Assembly (NCBI GenBank): GCA_040772485.1
Contig: JAXGYC010000009.1
Coordinates: 288,001-352,000 of the forward strand
Direction of reading: 5' to 3'
Source of the DNA: Sedimentisphaerales bacterium
GTDB lineage: Bacteria; Planctomycetota; Phycisphaerae; Sedimentisphaerales; Anaerobacaceae
Length of the DNA stretch: 64,000 nucleotides
A program made the translations under genes and the position numbers. Positions within the stretch are counted from its first letter, which is position 1; each line of letters starts with the position of its first letter. Shown one piece after another: positions 48,536 to 58,702 of this stretch. The notes below the pieces were generated by a model. That model searched no databases. It saw nothing but the letters and a program-made list of their open reading frames with translations, and was not told where the DNA came from.

Positions 48536-50959
48536 TCAGCGGATCTGAATGACGGCGACGTCTTCGGGGCCGAGTGCGATCTCGGCCTGCTGGTCCTGCC
48601 AGGGGATGGTTCGGTCGCGGACCAGTTCCTGACTGGCAGCAGGGGATTCTCCATCGAGGGCGATCCTCGCGACGCAGGGCCGGTCGCTGCTGTTGAAGAC
48701 GGTAAGGTACCGCTCGCCGAATCGCTCGACGTAGATGCTTTCGTTGTCAGCTCTTGCTCCTGTGACCGGTTCCCAGCCGGCCTCGGCGACTCGCCTGCAC
48801 AGCGGGACGTACTTGCGAAACAGGTCACGATCGCGTTCGTAGAGTTCCGGCCGGGTGAAGTAGTGGCCCTGCGAGGCGTTGTGGCTGAAGAAGCCGGGGA
48901 ACATGCCGTACGCGAGGCAGCGCTTCATGTATTTCTCGACGAGTTCATGCGAGAATTCCTCGAAGCGGGTGTTCATCAGGAAGCAGAAGGGCTTGCCCTT
49001 GCACAACGCGCGTCGGTAGAGTAAGTCGTCATCCGACATGGGCCGCCAGTTCCCACTCGGATTCCAGTCGGTCTCGGTGCCGAGCACGTCCAGCAGCGGG
49101 GCCAGCCAGCAGAGACGGTCCGGCGTGGAGTTGGCCATCATGAGCTTGTCCATCGCGTGGACATCTTCGGCGATCGCGCGAATATACTCGAATGCGATCA
49201 ACCCGCGGAAGATCGCGGGCGTCTGACTGTCGAGTGAGAACGTCAGGGCCGTCTCGGAGGCGGCGAAGTGGTCGCGCCGAAAATCCAGCTCATCGGTGAC
49301 GTACCCTTCCGACGAGTCGATGTACTCGCCGTCCAGATCCGCCTTGCGTTGCGGGCCGTAGAGGCTGTCACGGAGTTTCTCGTTCCACTTGTTCTTGAAG
49401 TCGGTGACTTCGCCCGCGATGTTCGGCATCGAGTTGATGCTCCAGACGGCGCCGTCGCACCAGGGTGTATCGAGCAGCCGGGCGGGGAACTGGCCCATCT
49501 CGTCATGGTAGCCGCTGGTCAGCAGCGCCCGGGCCTGTGGATCGCGTTTGTCCTCGGCCAGTTGCTGCGCGTAGGCCAGCGCCGCTTCCGGCGTGCGGGC
49601 CATCTCCCTGGGCATCCGCATCCACCACGTCATCGGCTCGGTGTACCGGAACGTGATAATCCCATGCGCATCGTCCCAGGCGGTCTCGTCGGTGCCTTCC
49701 TTGAATCGAAAGCCGAAGTCCTGCCAATCCTTCACCTCGCTGATTCTGGCAAAAGGCATCCAGAGTCCCTGCTCGGCGATGCGACGTTCAAAGGCCTCGG
49801 GAAACAGCGCGTAGTAGCGATCCAGCGCGCCTCGAAACCCCCACGTGGGATCGAAATGGAATTTGCAGAATCGCACCTGTGCCGAAGGCTTCTCGGGCGC
49901 CAGGCCGACGTCGCATGCCAGGAACAGCTCTTCGCTGTCGCTGTTGTAGCCGGCTCGAAAGAACGCCGGACGGCTCATATCGATGCCGAGCGCGACGGCC
50001 TCTCCGGCGTTGGCGACAGCCGCAAACGGATAGCGGGAGACCCGGCCGTTCGACCCTGCGGAAAAGCGACTGGCGTCGAGATATTCGCGGTCCGGCTCGA
50101 CCTCGATCGTCTGACGTGGATTCTGAAACCAGCGCGTAGCGGCGGCGCGGACCGCATAGACGAGCGTCACGGCCCGGTCTCTCCCGCTGCTGTCGCAAAG
50201 GGTGACGTCAAAGAACGTCGCGCCGTCGCCTTGCGTCGTTTGGCATTCGAGCTTCAGATCGAGCGCCGTATCACCGATGGCGACGAAGTCCGAACCCGCC
50301 GCCACGTCTCGAACCTGGAAGCCCTCCCCGGGCGAGTGTTCGAGCGTCACCGCGACTGCGTCGAACAGGCACGTCCCGGCCGGCGCTCGAACCACGCGCA
50401 GCTCCGGATCGCGGAACAGCGCCTTTCCTGCATGTCCCCGCAGGAGCATGTGGAACGCCACCGCCCTGACGGGCTTGTCCGGGAAGACGGTTAGCTGGGC
50501 CTTCTGCCAGTCGTGCGAGCCTGTGCGGAAGGTGGCCACCTGTCCCCACAGAGGCGTGCCGTCCTGGTAGGTCAGGTCCAGGTACAGGGAGTAGTCGCTG
50601 TTCCGGCTGCCGCCCACGCTTTCGGCCTTGCTCCAGGCGGTTGCGACGAGCGGCTCGGGCTGGGCCTGATCGAGCACCACCGTCTGCGAAGCGCCCCGCT
50701 GGACCTGCGAATCGGCGCCGTTGTCGCAAACGAAGACATCGCCATCTCGCTCGAAGCCTTCGCCCCAGGGGCGCCACGCGTCCGGCTGGAGCAGGTTCGC
50801 CCCGCCGCTGCGCTGATCGAGAACCCGCTTGACCACCGTTCCGTCAGGCAGGGCAGCGTTCTGCGTCGCGTCGCCCGCCTCCGTGCCCATGGAACATGCG
50901 GCCAGCCAGAGCAGGCCGAACACCACGCCGGATCGCAGAACGCTCGGTTTGGATGCCAT
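48536..50959 (-). CDS. Secreted or lipoprotein hypothetical; CBM-like N-terminus and putative glycoside hydrolase barrel
   Basis: LAAC possible lipobox; CBM4/9-like segment (A.AWSKAE.V..F.TG.HDWQ); C-terminal DGEYIDS and GTE motifs; AGGAGG RBS. Confidence 0.75.
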   Translation of the reverse strand: MASKPSVLRSGVVFGLLWLAACSMGTEAGDATQNAALPDGTVVKRVLDQRSGGANLLQPDAWRPWGEGFERDGDVFVCDNGADSQVQRGASQTVVLDQAQPEPLVATAWSKAESVGGSRNSDYSLYLDLTYQDGTPLWGQVATFRTGSHDWQKAQLTVFPDKPVRAVAFHMLLRGHAGKALFRDPELRVVRAPAGTCLFDAVAVTLEHSPGEGFQVRDVAAGSDFVAIGDTALDLKLECQTTQGDGATFFDVTLCDSSGRDRAVTLVYAVRAAATRWFQNPRQTIEVEPDREYLDASRFSAGSNGRVSRYPFAAVANAGEAVALGIDMSRPAFFRAGYNSDSEELFLACDVGLAPEKPSAQVRFCKFHFDPTWGFRGALDRYYALFPEAFERRIAEQGLWMPFARISEVKDWQDFGFRFKEGTDETAWDDAHGIITFRYTEPMTWWMRMPREMARTPEAALAYAQQLAEDKRDPQARALLTSGYHDEMGQFPARLLDTPWCDGAVWSINSMPNIAGEVTDFKNKWNEKLRDSLYGPQRKADLDGEYIDSSEGYVTDELDFRRDHFAASETALTFSLDSQTPAIFRGLIAFEYIRAIAEDVHAMDKLMMANSTPDRLCWLAPLLDVLGTETDWNPSGNWRPMSDDDLLYRRALCKGKPFCFLMNTRFEEFSHELVEKYMKRCLAYGMFPGFFSHNASQGHYFTRPELYERDRDLFRKYVPLCRRVAEAGWEPVTGARADNESIYVERFGERYLTVFNSSDRPCVARIALDGESPAASQELVRDRTIPWQDQQAEIALGPEDVAVIQIR

Positions 50960-51008
50960 CTTCGACCTCCTGAAAGAACCGTTCGTGCTCACGCCGTATC
51001 GTAGCAGC

Positions 51009-51180
51009 GAGCGAGTTCGAAGCGAAATCGAAAAATTCATGTTTTTCTCCGAAACGCGAGTCCGCCGCAGGCGGACCGGCGAGTTCGAAAAGTCAGTAGT
51101 TTCCATTCCCTTTCGAATTCGCCATTTCGCTTAGGATTTACTTCTTGACTTTCGAATTCGCTTCGAATTCGAATTCGAAG
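51009..51180. repeat. TTCGAA-based hexamer tandem and inverted element
   Basis: CGAGTTCGAAGCGAAATCGAAA (about 51012-51033) is inverted to TTTCGAATTCGCTTCGAATTCG (about 51150-51171), with extra TTCGAA units. Confidence 0.7.
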
Positions 51181-51532
51181 ATGCAACTTCCGTGCCAGAA
51201 CCCGATTCTGGAGCGGAAAAATCTTGTTTCTCTGCGTCCGCCCCCGGGGACGGATCGAGGCCCGCGAGCACCGCGGCGAGGCGTGTGACATCGCGCTCGA
51301 GTTCGCCGCCCGGCGCGTAGTACGCCAGTCGCTCCTGGGCGATCTGCAACGCGGCCAGATACGCCGGGACGCTCATCGTGCCGAGCGACATCCGGCCGGT
51401 CAGGATCTGCACGTCGAGCAGCCAGCTTTCGAAGAGGCGCTCCAGCGGGCCGCGCTTCTCCAGGGCCTCGACGCGATCGGCACCGGCGCGCCGGGGCGTG
51501 TGGGCGGGGGTTGTTCGTTGGATGTCTTCCAT
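51131..51532 (-). CDS. Orphan helical hypothetical protein (133 aa)
   Basis: GGAG RBS 8 nt before ATG; GC3-rich helical core; the C-terminal tail is encoded by the hexamer repeat. Confidence 0.65.
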   Translation of the reverse strand: MEDIQRTTPAHTPRRAGADRVEALEKRGPLERLFESWLLDVQILTGRMSLGTMSVPAYLAALQIAQERLAYYAPGGELERDVTRLAAVLAGLDPSPGADAEKQDFSAPESGSGTEVASSNSNSKRIRKSRSKS

Positions 51533-51990
51533 AACTGTATCTCCGTATCCATGCGCGGTCCTCTCGCGCTGTGCGACGAATCCTGCGTCGCTTCCTCATG
51601 GGGGGCGCAGACGCCCTGCGCCGCATCCGCCGGGGGCGGAAGAACTCATTGTACGGGATCCCGGTTGTCGCATGCGCGCCTCGTCAGGCTCCGACCCACC
51701 CCTGCGAGTGGTTGGCGGGACGGCAGGCTCGCTGCGGCGCTGGGTCGGAGCCATCATTTGGTCGTTCGACCACATCACGCCTTTGCGGCCTGCCGCCTTT
51801 GTTGGGAGTCTGACGGCTGTCACGCAGGGAAGCGCTTCCCTTCGCATCCACCTTCTACTTTCTTCGATGCAGCAATTTCCTGCAAGCGTTTTTTGGGAAA
51901 AATGTCAGAGTTTTTTCTGTGGACTTTCCAGAGGCAGTTTGAGGGTTTTCATCGAAGTGGGAAGTGGGAAGGCGGCCTGCGCCCGGCATT

Positions 51991-52018
51991 GCAGGGGCGA
52001 ATCATCATTCGCCCGTAC
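51991..52018. repeat. REP palindrome (GGGCGAAT..ATTCGCCC class)
   Basis: GCAGGGGCGAATCATCATTCGCCCGTAC; related copies at 59537 and 63955. Confidence 0.8.
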
Positions 52019-52058
52019 CTGGGAAGCGGGGCGATCACAGTTTATTACGTGGATGAGC

Positions 52059-52086
52059 TTGAGCGTGCGAGGCGGCTTGGTATAAT
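52059..52086 (+). promoter_or_regulatory. Putative sigma70 promoter
   Basis: TTGAGC-16 bp-TATAAT with TG extended -10. Confidence 0.65.
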
Positions 52087-52156
52087 GGCCTGCGTGTCGT
52101 CTGGAACGTTGGTGTGTGGCGGCCATGCAGAAGGATCGGGCGAGGAGACGCGGACT

Positions 52157-53797
52157 ATGACCACGCGACATCAAGAGTATCATCGCTACAGCGGCAAACC
52201 AAGAGTCTTCCTGCGGGTGCTGTATGCATCACTCCTGTGGATGGGTCTGCCGTTGTCAGCGGGTGCGGCGACGCGCCTGGAGGGGCGCGTCGTTGATGAC
52301 GCCGGTGGAGGGCCGCTGGCGGCGCGCGTCGCGGTCACGGACGTGCACGGCAAGTTCGTGGAGATCGCCGGCCGGCACGCGCACGCTGAGTACCTGGGCA
52401 AACGCTGGTGCTACGTGGATGGTTCGTTCGCTTTGACGATCCCGGAGGACGGCGCCTCGATCGAGATTCGCAGAGGTCTCGAAACTTTGCCGTTGTCGGC
52501 CAGGATCGCCGGTGGGGGATCGAAGAAGGTCGCGAAGACCTTCCGCCTTCGTCGCTGGATCGACATGAGCAGTAGAGGCTACGTCAATGGCGACATTCAC
52601 GCGCATCTGCCTGTCCCCAAGGTCGCCCATCCGCAGATGCGGGGCGAAGACTTGAACACGCTGACTCTTCTGTACCTGCCGGACGAGGAGTCTCCGATTG
52701 CGACGAACCGCTGCTTCACGGGCAAGCTGGATGCCTGCTCGACGCCGGGCTGCGAGATCTACGTCGGTCAGGAACTCCAGGAATGGCAGATGGGCCATGT
52801 GGCGCTGCTGGGCCTGAAATCTCTGGTTCCCGGCTACCCGCACGCCGGCGGCTCGCTCGAACACTGGAAGGGCTTCCCGCAGTGGGACCTGATGCGGGCC
52901 TTGCGGGCGACGCGCCGGCAGAACGGCACGATCTTATGGTCGCACATCTCCTCGCTGCCCGGCACCGAGCTGCCCGTGGCGCTGGCCCTGGGCCTGGTCG
53001 ACGGGGTCGAGCTGATTACCTGGAGCGACCCGACGCAGTTTCCGAACCACTGGGGCCCGTGGGAGGATTCCGGTTTCTCGCAGGCGGAGTTCCCGGTCAT
53101 GCGGAGCATGGACCTGTACTACCAGTTCCTCAACGCCGGGTTCCGCCTGCCGATCGCGGCCGGAACGGACAAGATGGGCGAGGAGATTCCGCTGGGCAGC
53201 AACCGGACGTACGCCCGCGTGACCGGGGCGCGGAACTACGATTCCTGGCTTGCGGCGGTCAAGGCCGGTCGCGGCTTCGTCACCAACGGCCCGATCGTCG
53301 AGTTCGAAGTGGCCGGCAGCGAGCCGGGCGACGTTGTCGAGTTCCAGGGTGGCAAGACCGTCAAGGCCCGCGCGACGGTCCGCTCGATCCTTCCCATCAA
53401 CACCGTCGATATCGTCATGAACGGTCGCAAGGTCGGCCACAAGACCATCCCGCTGCTGCGGCAGGACCCGCCCGCTGACGGCCTCTATTCGCTCGAAGTC
53501 GAGGCCACCGTCGAGCTGACGGACAGCGCCTGGCTGGCCGCCCGCGTGATCGACCATCCGGACCTGCCCAATCGCGTGCTGCCGCGGGGGCTGTCCGTGT
53601 TTGCCCACACCAGCCCGATCTACTTCCTGAAAGACGGCCGCAAGGTCCGCGAGCCCGCCTCGATTGCCTACCTCCAGAAGTACGTCGAAGGCACCCTCCA
53701 CTGGCTCGGCACCAACCCGAACTTCGCGCTCGAAGAAGACCGCCAAGCCGCCCAAAACGCCGCCGACCAGGCCCTCCAATTCTACAAAGACCTGTAG
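52157..53797 (+). CDS. CehA/McbA-family (PHP-like) secreted metallohydrolase
   Basis: Signal peptide, RRWIDM...GY..GD.HAH, YYQFLNAGFRLP..AGTD, GRGFVTNGP and AHTSPIY motifs; GAGGAG RBS. Confidence 0.88.
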   Translation: MTTRHQEYHRYSGKPRVFLRVLYASLLWMGLPLSAGAATRLEGRVVDDAGGGPLAARVAVTDVHGKFVEIAGRHAHAEYLGKRWCYVDGSFALTIPEDGASIEIRRGLETLPLSARIAGGGSKKVAKTFRLRRWIDMSSRGYVNGDIHAHLPVPKVAHPQMRGEDLNTLTLLYLPDEESPIATNRCFTGKLDACSTPGCEIYVGQELQEWQMGHVALLGLKSLVPGYPHAGGSLEHWKGFPQWDLMRALRATRRQNGTILWSHISSLPGTELPVALALGLVDGVELITWSDPTQFPNHWGPWEDSGFSQAEFPVMRSMDLYYQFLNAGFRLPIAAGTDKMGEEIPLGSNRTYARVTGARNYDSWLAAVKAGRGFVTNGPIVEFEVAGSEPGDVVEFQGGKTVKARATVRSILPINTVDIVMNGRKVGHKTIPLLRQDPPADGLYSLEVEATVELTDSAWLAARVIDHPDLPNRVLPRGLSVFAHTSPIYFLKDGRKVREPASIAYLQKYVEGTLHWLGTNPNFALEEDRQAAQNAADQALQFYKDL

Positions 53798-53884
53798 CCC
53801 AGCCCCATCATATCGGCCGCCCGACCCGCACGAGTCTGTGCCGCAGCGCAGCACCATTGCACCGGCGGCACGCGTCCTCTGATC

Positions 53885-54202
53885 CTATTGCATGAATGAC
53901 GGCAGTTCACCGGTTCCCTTGGCGTCCGCCCGACAGAGCTCGACCTCACAGGAATGCTTGCCAAGCTGCAATAGCGGGTGAAGGTGAAGGTGCTCGCGCG
54001 TTTCGGCCGGCGCGTCGCTACCATCCTGGTCATAATCCGCCAGAAAGTCGAGGAGCCTCGAAAGGTATCTCAGACCCTCAGGAGTACCTATGATTGTCAC
54101 ACCGGTTCTGCCGCTCTGGCACTCTGGATAGATGTCGATTTTGCCCTGCCTGTCCGGAAGTCGCGTTTGCTCTGCCATCATCGCCATGCTCCGATATTGC
54201 AT
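53885..54202 (-). CDS. Putative Imm32-family immunity protein
   Basis: V.I.GTPEGLRYL..LL..LA....H.HL.P..QL..HS..V.L.R pattern; AAGGAG RBS. Confidence 0.6.
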   Translation of the reverse strand: MQYRSMAMMAEQTRLPDRQGKIDIYPECQSGRTGVTIIGTPEGLRYLSRLLDFLADYDQDGSDAPAETREHLHLHPLLQLGKHSCEVELCRADAKGTGELPSFMQ

Positions 54203-54244
54203 ATCTCCTTCGTCTGCCGTCACCATTGTAGCATTCTGCGGCAT

Positions 54245-54580
54245 TCAGGACGAGAGCTTGGCGCTGGCGAGGCGGTTGAGGCTGACGTTTTCCTCGGCGG
54301 CTTCGAGGGCGAGGCGTCGATGGACCTCCGGCGGGACACGGACCATGAACTTGCCGCTGTATCGCCGGCGGCTCAGCGGTTCGGGTGCGGCCTCTCCGTT
54401 GGCCTTCAGGTCGTCGACGACGTTGGTCACCACCCTGCGGATGCCTCGCAGGGCCTTTTCCGGCGTGGATGCCAGCCAACTGAGGCTGGGAAACTCCGCG
54501 CACTGCCCCACGCATTGGGCGTCCTCCTCGGACCAGGTCACACGATACGTGTAGCGATCAATCTCCGGTAGCGTTTTCAT
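54245..54580 (-). CDS. hicB: HicB-family antitoxin with C-terminal ribbon-helix-helix
   Basis: YTYRVTWSEED, EFPSLS and YSGKFMVRVPPEVHR.LA.EA....SLN motifs. Confidence 0.92.
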   Translation of the reverse strand: MKTLPEIDRYTYRVTWSEEDAQCVGQCAEFPSLSWLASTPEKALRGIRRVVTNVVDDLKANGEAAPEPLSRRRYSGKFMVRVPPEVHRRLALEAAEENVSLNRLASAKLSS

Positions 54581-54818
54581 GCTGCAACCTTTCGATGGCC
54601 TTGAGCACCTGTCGGACTTGATATGCCTTGGCCATTCCCTTGTCGTTCTGGATGTTCACGCGAGGATCGCCGTACCAGGGCATCCGGTAGATGCGATGGC
54701 TGGTGCCGCCCTGTCGCGCGGCCCCGAAGTAGTGATCGCACACGCGACAGAGATCGGCGAAGCGGACCCCTTGGGGGTTGGTTCGCATCTGATCCAAGAC
54801 ATCATCAATGCTTGCCAT
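54558..54818 (-). CDS. hicA: HicA-like toxin
   Basis: NP..VRF.DL, GTSH and NIQ...G.AK.YQVRQV motifs; overlaps the hicB start. Confidence 0.9.
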   Translation of the reverse strand: MASIDDVLDQMRTNPQGVRFADLCRVCDHYFGAARQGGTSHRIYRMPWYGDPRVNIQNDKGMAKAYQVRQVLKAIERLQHENATGD

Positions 54819-54824
54819 ATCCAA

Positions 54825-54853
54825 ATAATACCATTATTGATACTATACGTCAA
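54825..54853 (-). promoter_or_regulatory. hicAB promoter with an overlapping imperfect palindromic operator
   Basis: TTGACG-17 bp-TATTAT (TG-extended); palindrome ATAGTATCA-ATAA-TGGTATTAT. Confidence 0.8.
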
Positions 54854-55016
54854 GTCGATAATCGGAGTTCGGATGCAGGATTCTCCGGAACAGGCCAGCT
54901 CCCTCAGGCAAGGGCCGTATGTAAGAGAGCCGGTCTCGACGGCGGATTCTGAAGGGTCTTTCGCCCGTTTGCGTTGGAATGCGCGTGACGCTTGCACCGG
55001 GGACGGCAATATGGAG

Positions 55017-55045
55017 TGGACAGGGGCGGGGGGGGGCGGTAAGAT
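55017..55045 (+). promoter_or_regulatory. Putative glnS promoter with a poly-G spacer
   Basis: TGGACA-GGGGC(G9)CGG (17 bp)-TAAGAT. Confidence 0.6.
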
Positions 55046-55145
55046 CGCCGGCGGTTCGGCCTTTGCACCCCCAGCAGCACGGGCCGGTTGTACGCGGACC
55101 TCGCGGCACACTACGGCATCCCAAAAGCTTTGAGTGATTGGAGTT

Positions 55146-56912
<1,767 letters not shown>

Positions 56913-56993
56913 TGGCCGGCAGGATTCGAAAGGTAGTGCAAGCGACGAGGTTGTTTGGTCGCGTGTAATCGTCATGTTCAAGAGGTGACGTCC

Positions 56994-57323
56994 ATGGCAA
57001 CTCAAGGAAACGCAGTCGCCGACATCAATGAGGCTGTCAGGAGGATCGTGGAGCGATTCCATCCTGCCAAGATCATCCTGTTTGGCTCGCACGCCCGCGG
57101 CTCGGCCCGGCGCGACAGCGACGTAGATCTACTGGTGGTCATGGATGTGAAAGAATCCAGGCGTCACCAGGCTGTGGAGATCGATCTGGCGCTGTCAGGC
57201 CGGACGTTTCCCCTGGATCTCATCGTGGTAACGCCAGAGGAGTTTGAGAGGTACCGAGATGTCATAGGACACATCGTATATCCAGCGGTGCGCGAGGGCA
57301 AGGTGCTCTATGATGCGGCCTGA
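56994..57323 (+). CDS. Minimal nucleotidyltransferase (MNT) antitoxin
   Basis: IILFGSHARG...DSDVDLLVV and EGKVLY motifs; GAGG RBS. Confidence 0.92.
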   Translation: MATQGNAVADINEAVRRIVERFHPAKIILFGSHARGSARRDSDVDLLVVMDVKESRRHQAVEIDLALSGRTFPLDLIVVTPEEFERYRDVIGHIVYPAVREGKVLYDAA

Positions 57324-57732
57324 GCAAGCTCATTTGATACGCCAGTGGATCGAGAAGGCTGAGGAAGACTTCAGGAATGCCGAGTACGTCCTTACCCTGG
57401 AAACGAATTGTCCCGTGAGCACAGTCTGCTTTCACAGTCAGCAGTGTGTTGAGAAGTGCTTGAAGGCTCTGTTGATTTGTCATTCTCTTCCGACCCGGAG
57501 GAGCCACGATCTTCTGGAATTATATCATCAAATCCCATCGAGCGGCAGACCGGATCTGTCCGAGGAGTCGCTTGCGGTCCTGAATCGCTATGCCGTAGAA
57601 ACCCGATACCCTGGGGACTGGGACATCATCACTCGTTGTGAAGCCGAGGCTGCTCTGGACATCGCCCGAAGGGTCCGAGAGATCACAGGTCGGCAACTTG
57701 CCAAGGTAATCGAGCGGGATTCAGCAGAGTGA
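57310..57732 (+). CDS. HEPN domain protein
   Basis: W...AEED, CFHSQQ..EK.LKA, HDL and TRYP motifs; overlaps the MNT gene. Confidence 0.92.
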   Translation: MMRPEQAHLIRQWIEKAEEDFRNAEYVLTLETNCPVSTVCFHSQQCVEKCLKALLICHSLPTRRSHDLLELYHQIPSSGRPDLSEESLAVLNRYAVETRYPGDWDIITRCEAEAALDIARRVREITGRQLAKVIERDSAE

Positions 57733-57835
57733 GAGACAGGGGTGACCCTGCGGGCCAATTGATTGTTGCGGCCCTGGCGATTCGCAGCAGTGCACGCCGG
57801 CAGGGGTGCTCGAGCTGCGAGGAGGAAATTGCATC

Positions 57836-58690
57836 ATGGCTGCTGCCAGGAAGCGCATAGCCGGAGCTCTGCCGCCGATCTATATCGTCTCGGGCGGTTC
57901 GGGCGCCAGCGGCGAGCAGGTGGTCGAATCGGTGCTGGCGCAGTTTCCGGATGTCCAGGTCCCGGTCGTCAAGATCGCGCATGTGCACCACAAAACGCAG
58001 ATTCGGGACGTCGCGACCAGAGCCTCCGGGGCGAATGCCACGATCGTTCACACGCTGGTAGATGTGCGTCTGAGGCGGTATCTTGTCGAGGCTGCTCGCG
58101 AGAAGGAAGTCGTGGCTCTCGACCTCATGGGTCCGCTGCTCAATCGCTTGAGCCGGATTCTGGGCCAGGAGCCCAAAGGCCAGCCCGGCCTCTACCGGCA
58201 TCTGCGCAAGGGCTATTTCGATCGCATCGCGGCCATCGAGTTCACCCTGGCTCACGACGACGGGAAGAATCCCCAGGATATGCCCAAGGCAGACGTCGTG
58301 CTGGCCGGCGTCTCCCGAAGCGGCAAGACGCCGCTGAGCATGTACCTGGGCGTTCTGGGCTGGAAGGTGGCCAACGTTCCCGTGATTGTGGATCTGCCGC
58401 TGCCTGCGGAATTGCTCCGGATCGATCGCGGTCGCGTTTTCGGGCTCGACATCGACCAGAAGCGGCTCGTTCACCACCGGCGACATCGCCAGCAGCGAAG
58501 AGGCCTCACCGGTCCTGGCGCCTACACGGACCCGAAGATCGTTCTCGATGAGGTGGAGGTCGTGCGGGCCCTCTGTCGCAAGCATCGCTTCTCGATGATC
58601 GACGTGACCGACAAGCCGATTGAGACGACCGCCGACGAGATCATCGAGACGGTGACGCGGCGCTTCGGCGACGGCTCCCGCATGGGGTAG
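57836..58690 (+). CDS. ppsR: PEP synthase / PPDK regulatory kinase-pyrophosphorylase (DUF299)
   Basis: YF.RI.AIEF.L.HDDG, GVSRSGKTPLS, ANVP and DVTDK.IE.TA motifs. Confidence 0.92.
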   Translation: MAAARKRIAGALPPIYIVSGGSGASGEQVVESVLAQFPDVQVPVVKIAHVHHKTQIRDVATRASGANATIVHTLVDVRLRRYLVEAAREKEVVALDLMGPLLNRLSRILGQEPKGQPGLYRHLRKGYFDRIAAIEFTLAHDDGKNPQDMPKADVVLAGVSRSGKTPLSMYLGVLGWKVANVPVIVDLPLPAELLRIDRGRVFGLDIDQKRLVHHRRHRQQRRGLTGPGAYTDPKIVLDEVEVVRALCRKHRFSMIDVTDKPIETTADEIIETVTRRFGDGSRMG

Positions 58691-58702
58691 ATTGCCTCCG
58701 CC

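Noticed and set aside
51224..52156. N-terminal 311 aa of the 857-aa ORF
   Set aside because: Crosses an opposite-strand gene, a REP and a promoter. The real start is ATG 52157, with an RBS and signal peptide.
57836..58690. ppsR without adjacent ppsA/ppdK as a novelty
   Set aside because: Unlinked DUF299 genes are common, and the target is probably elsewhere in the genome.
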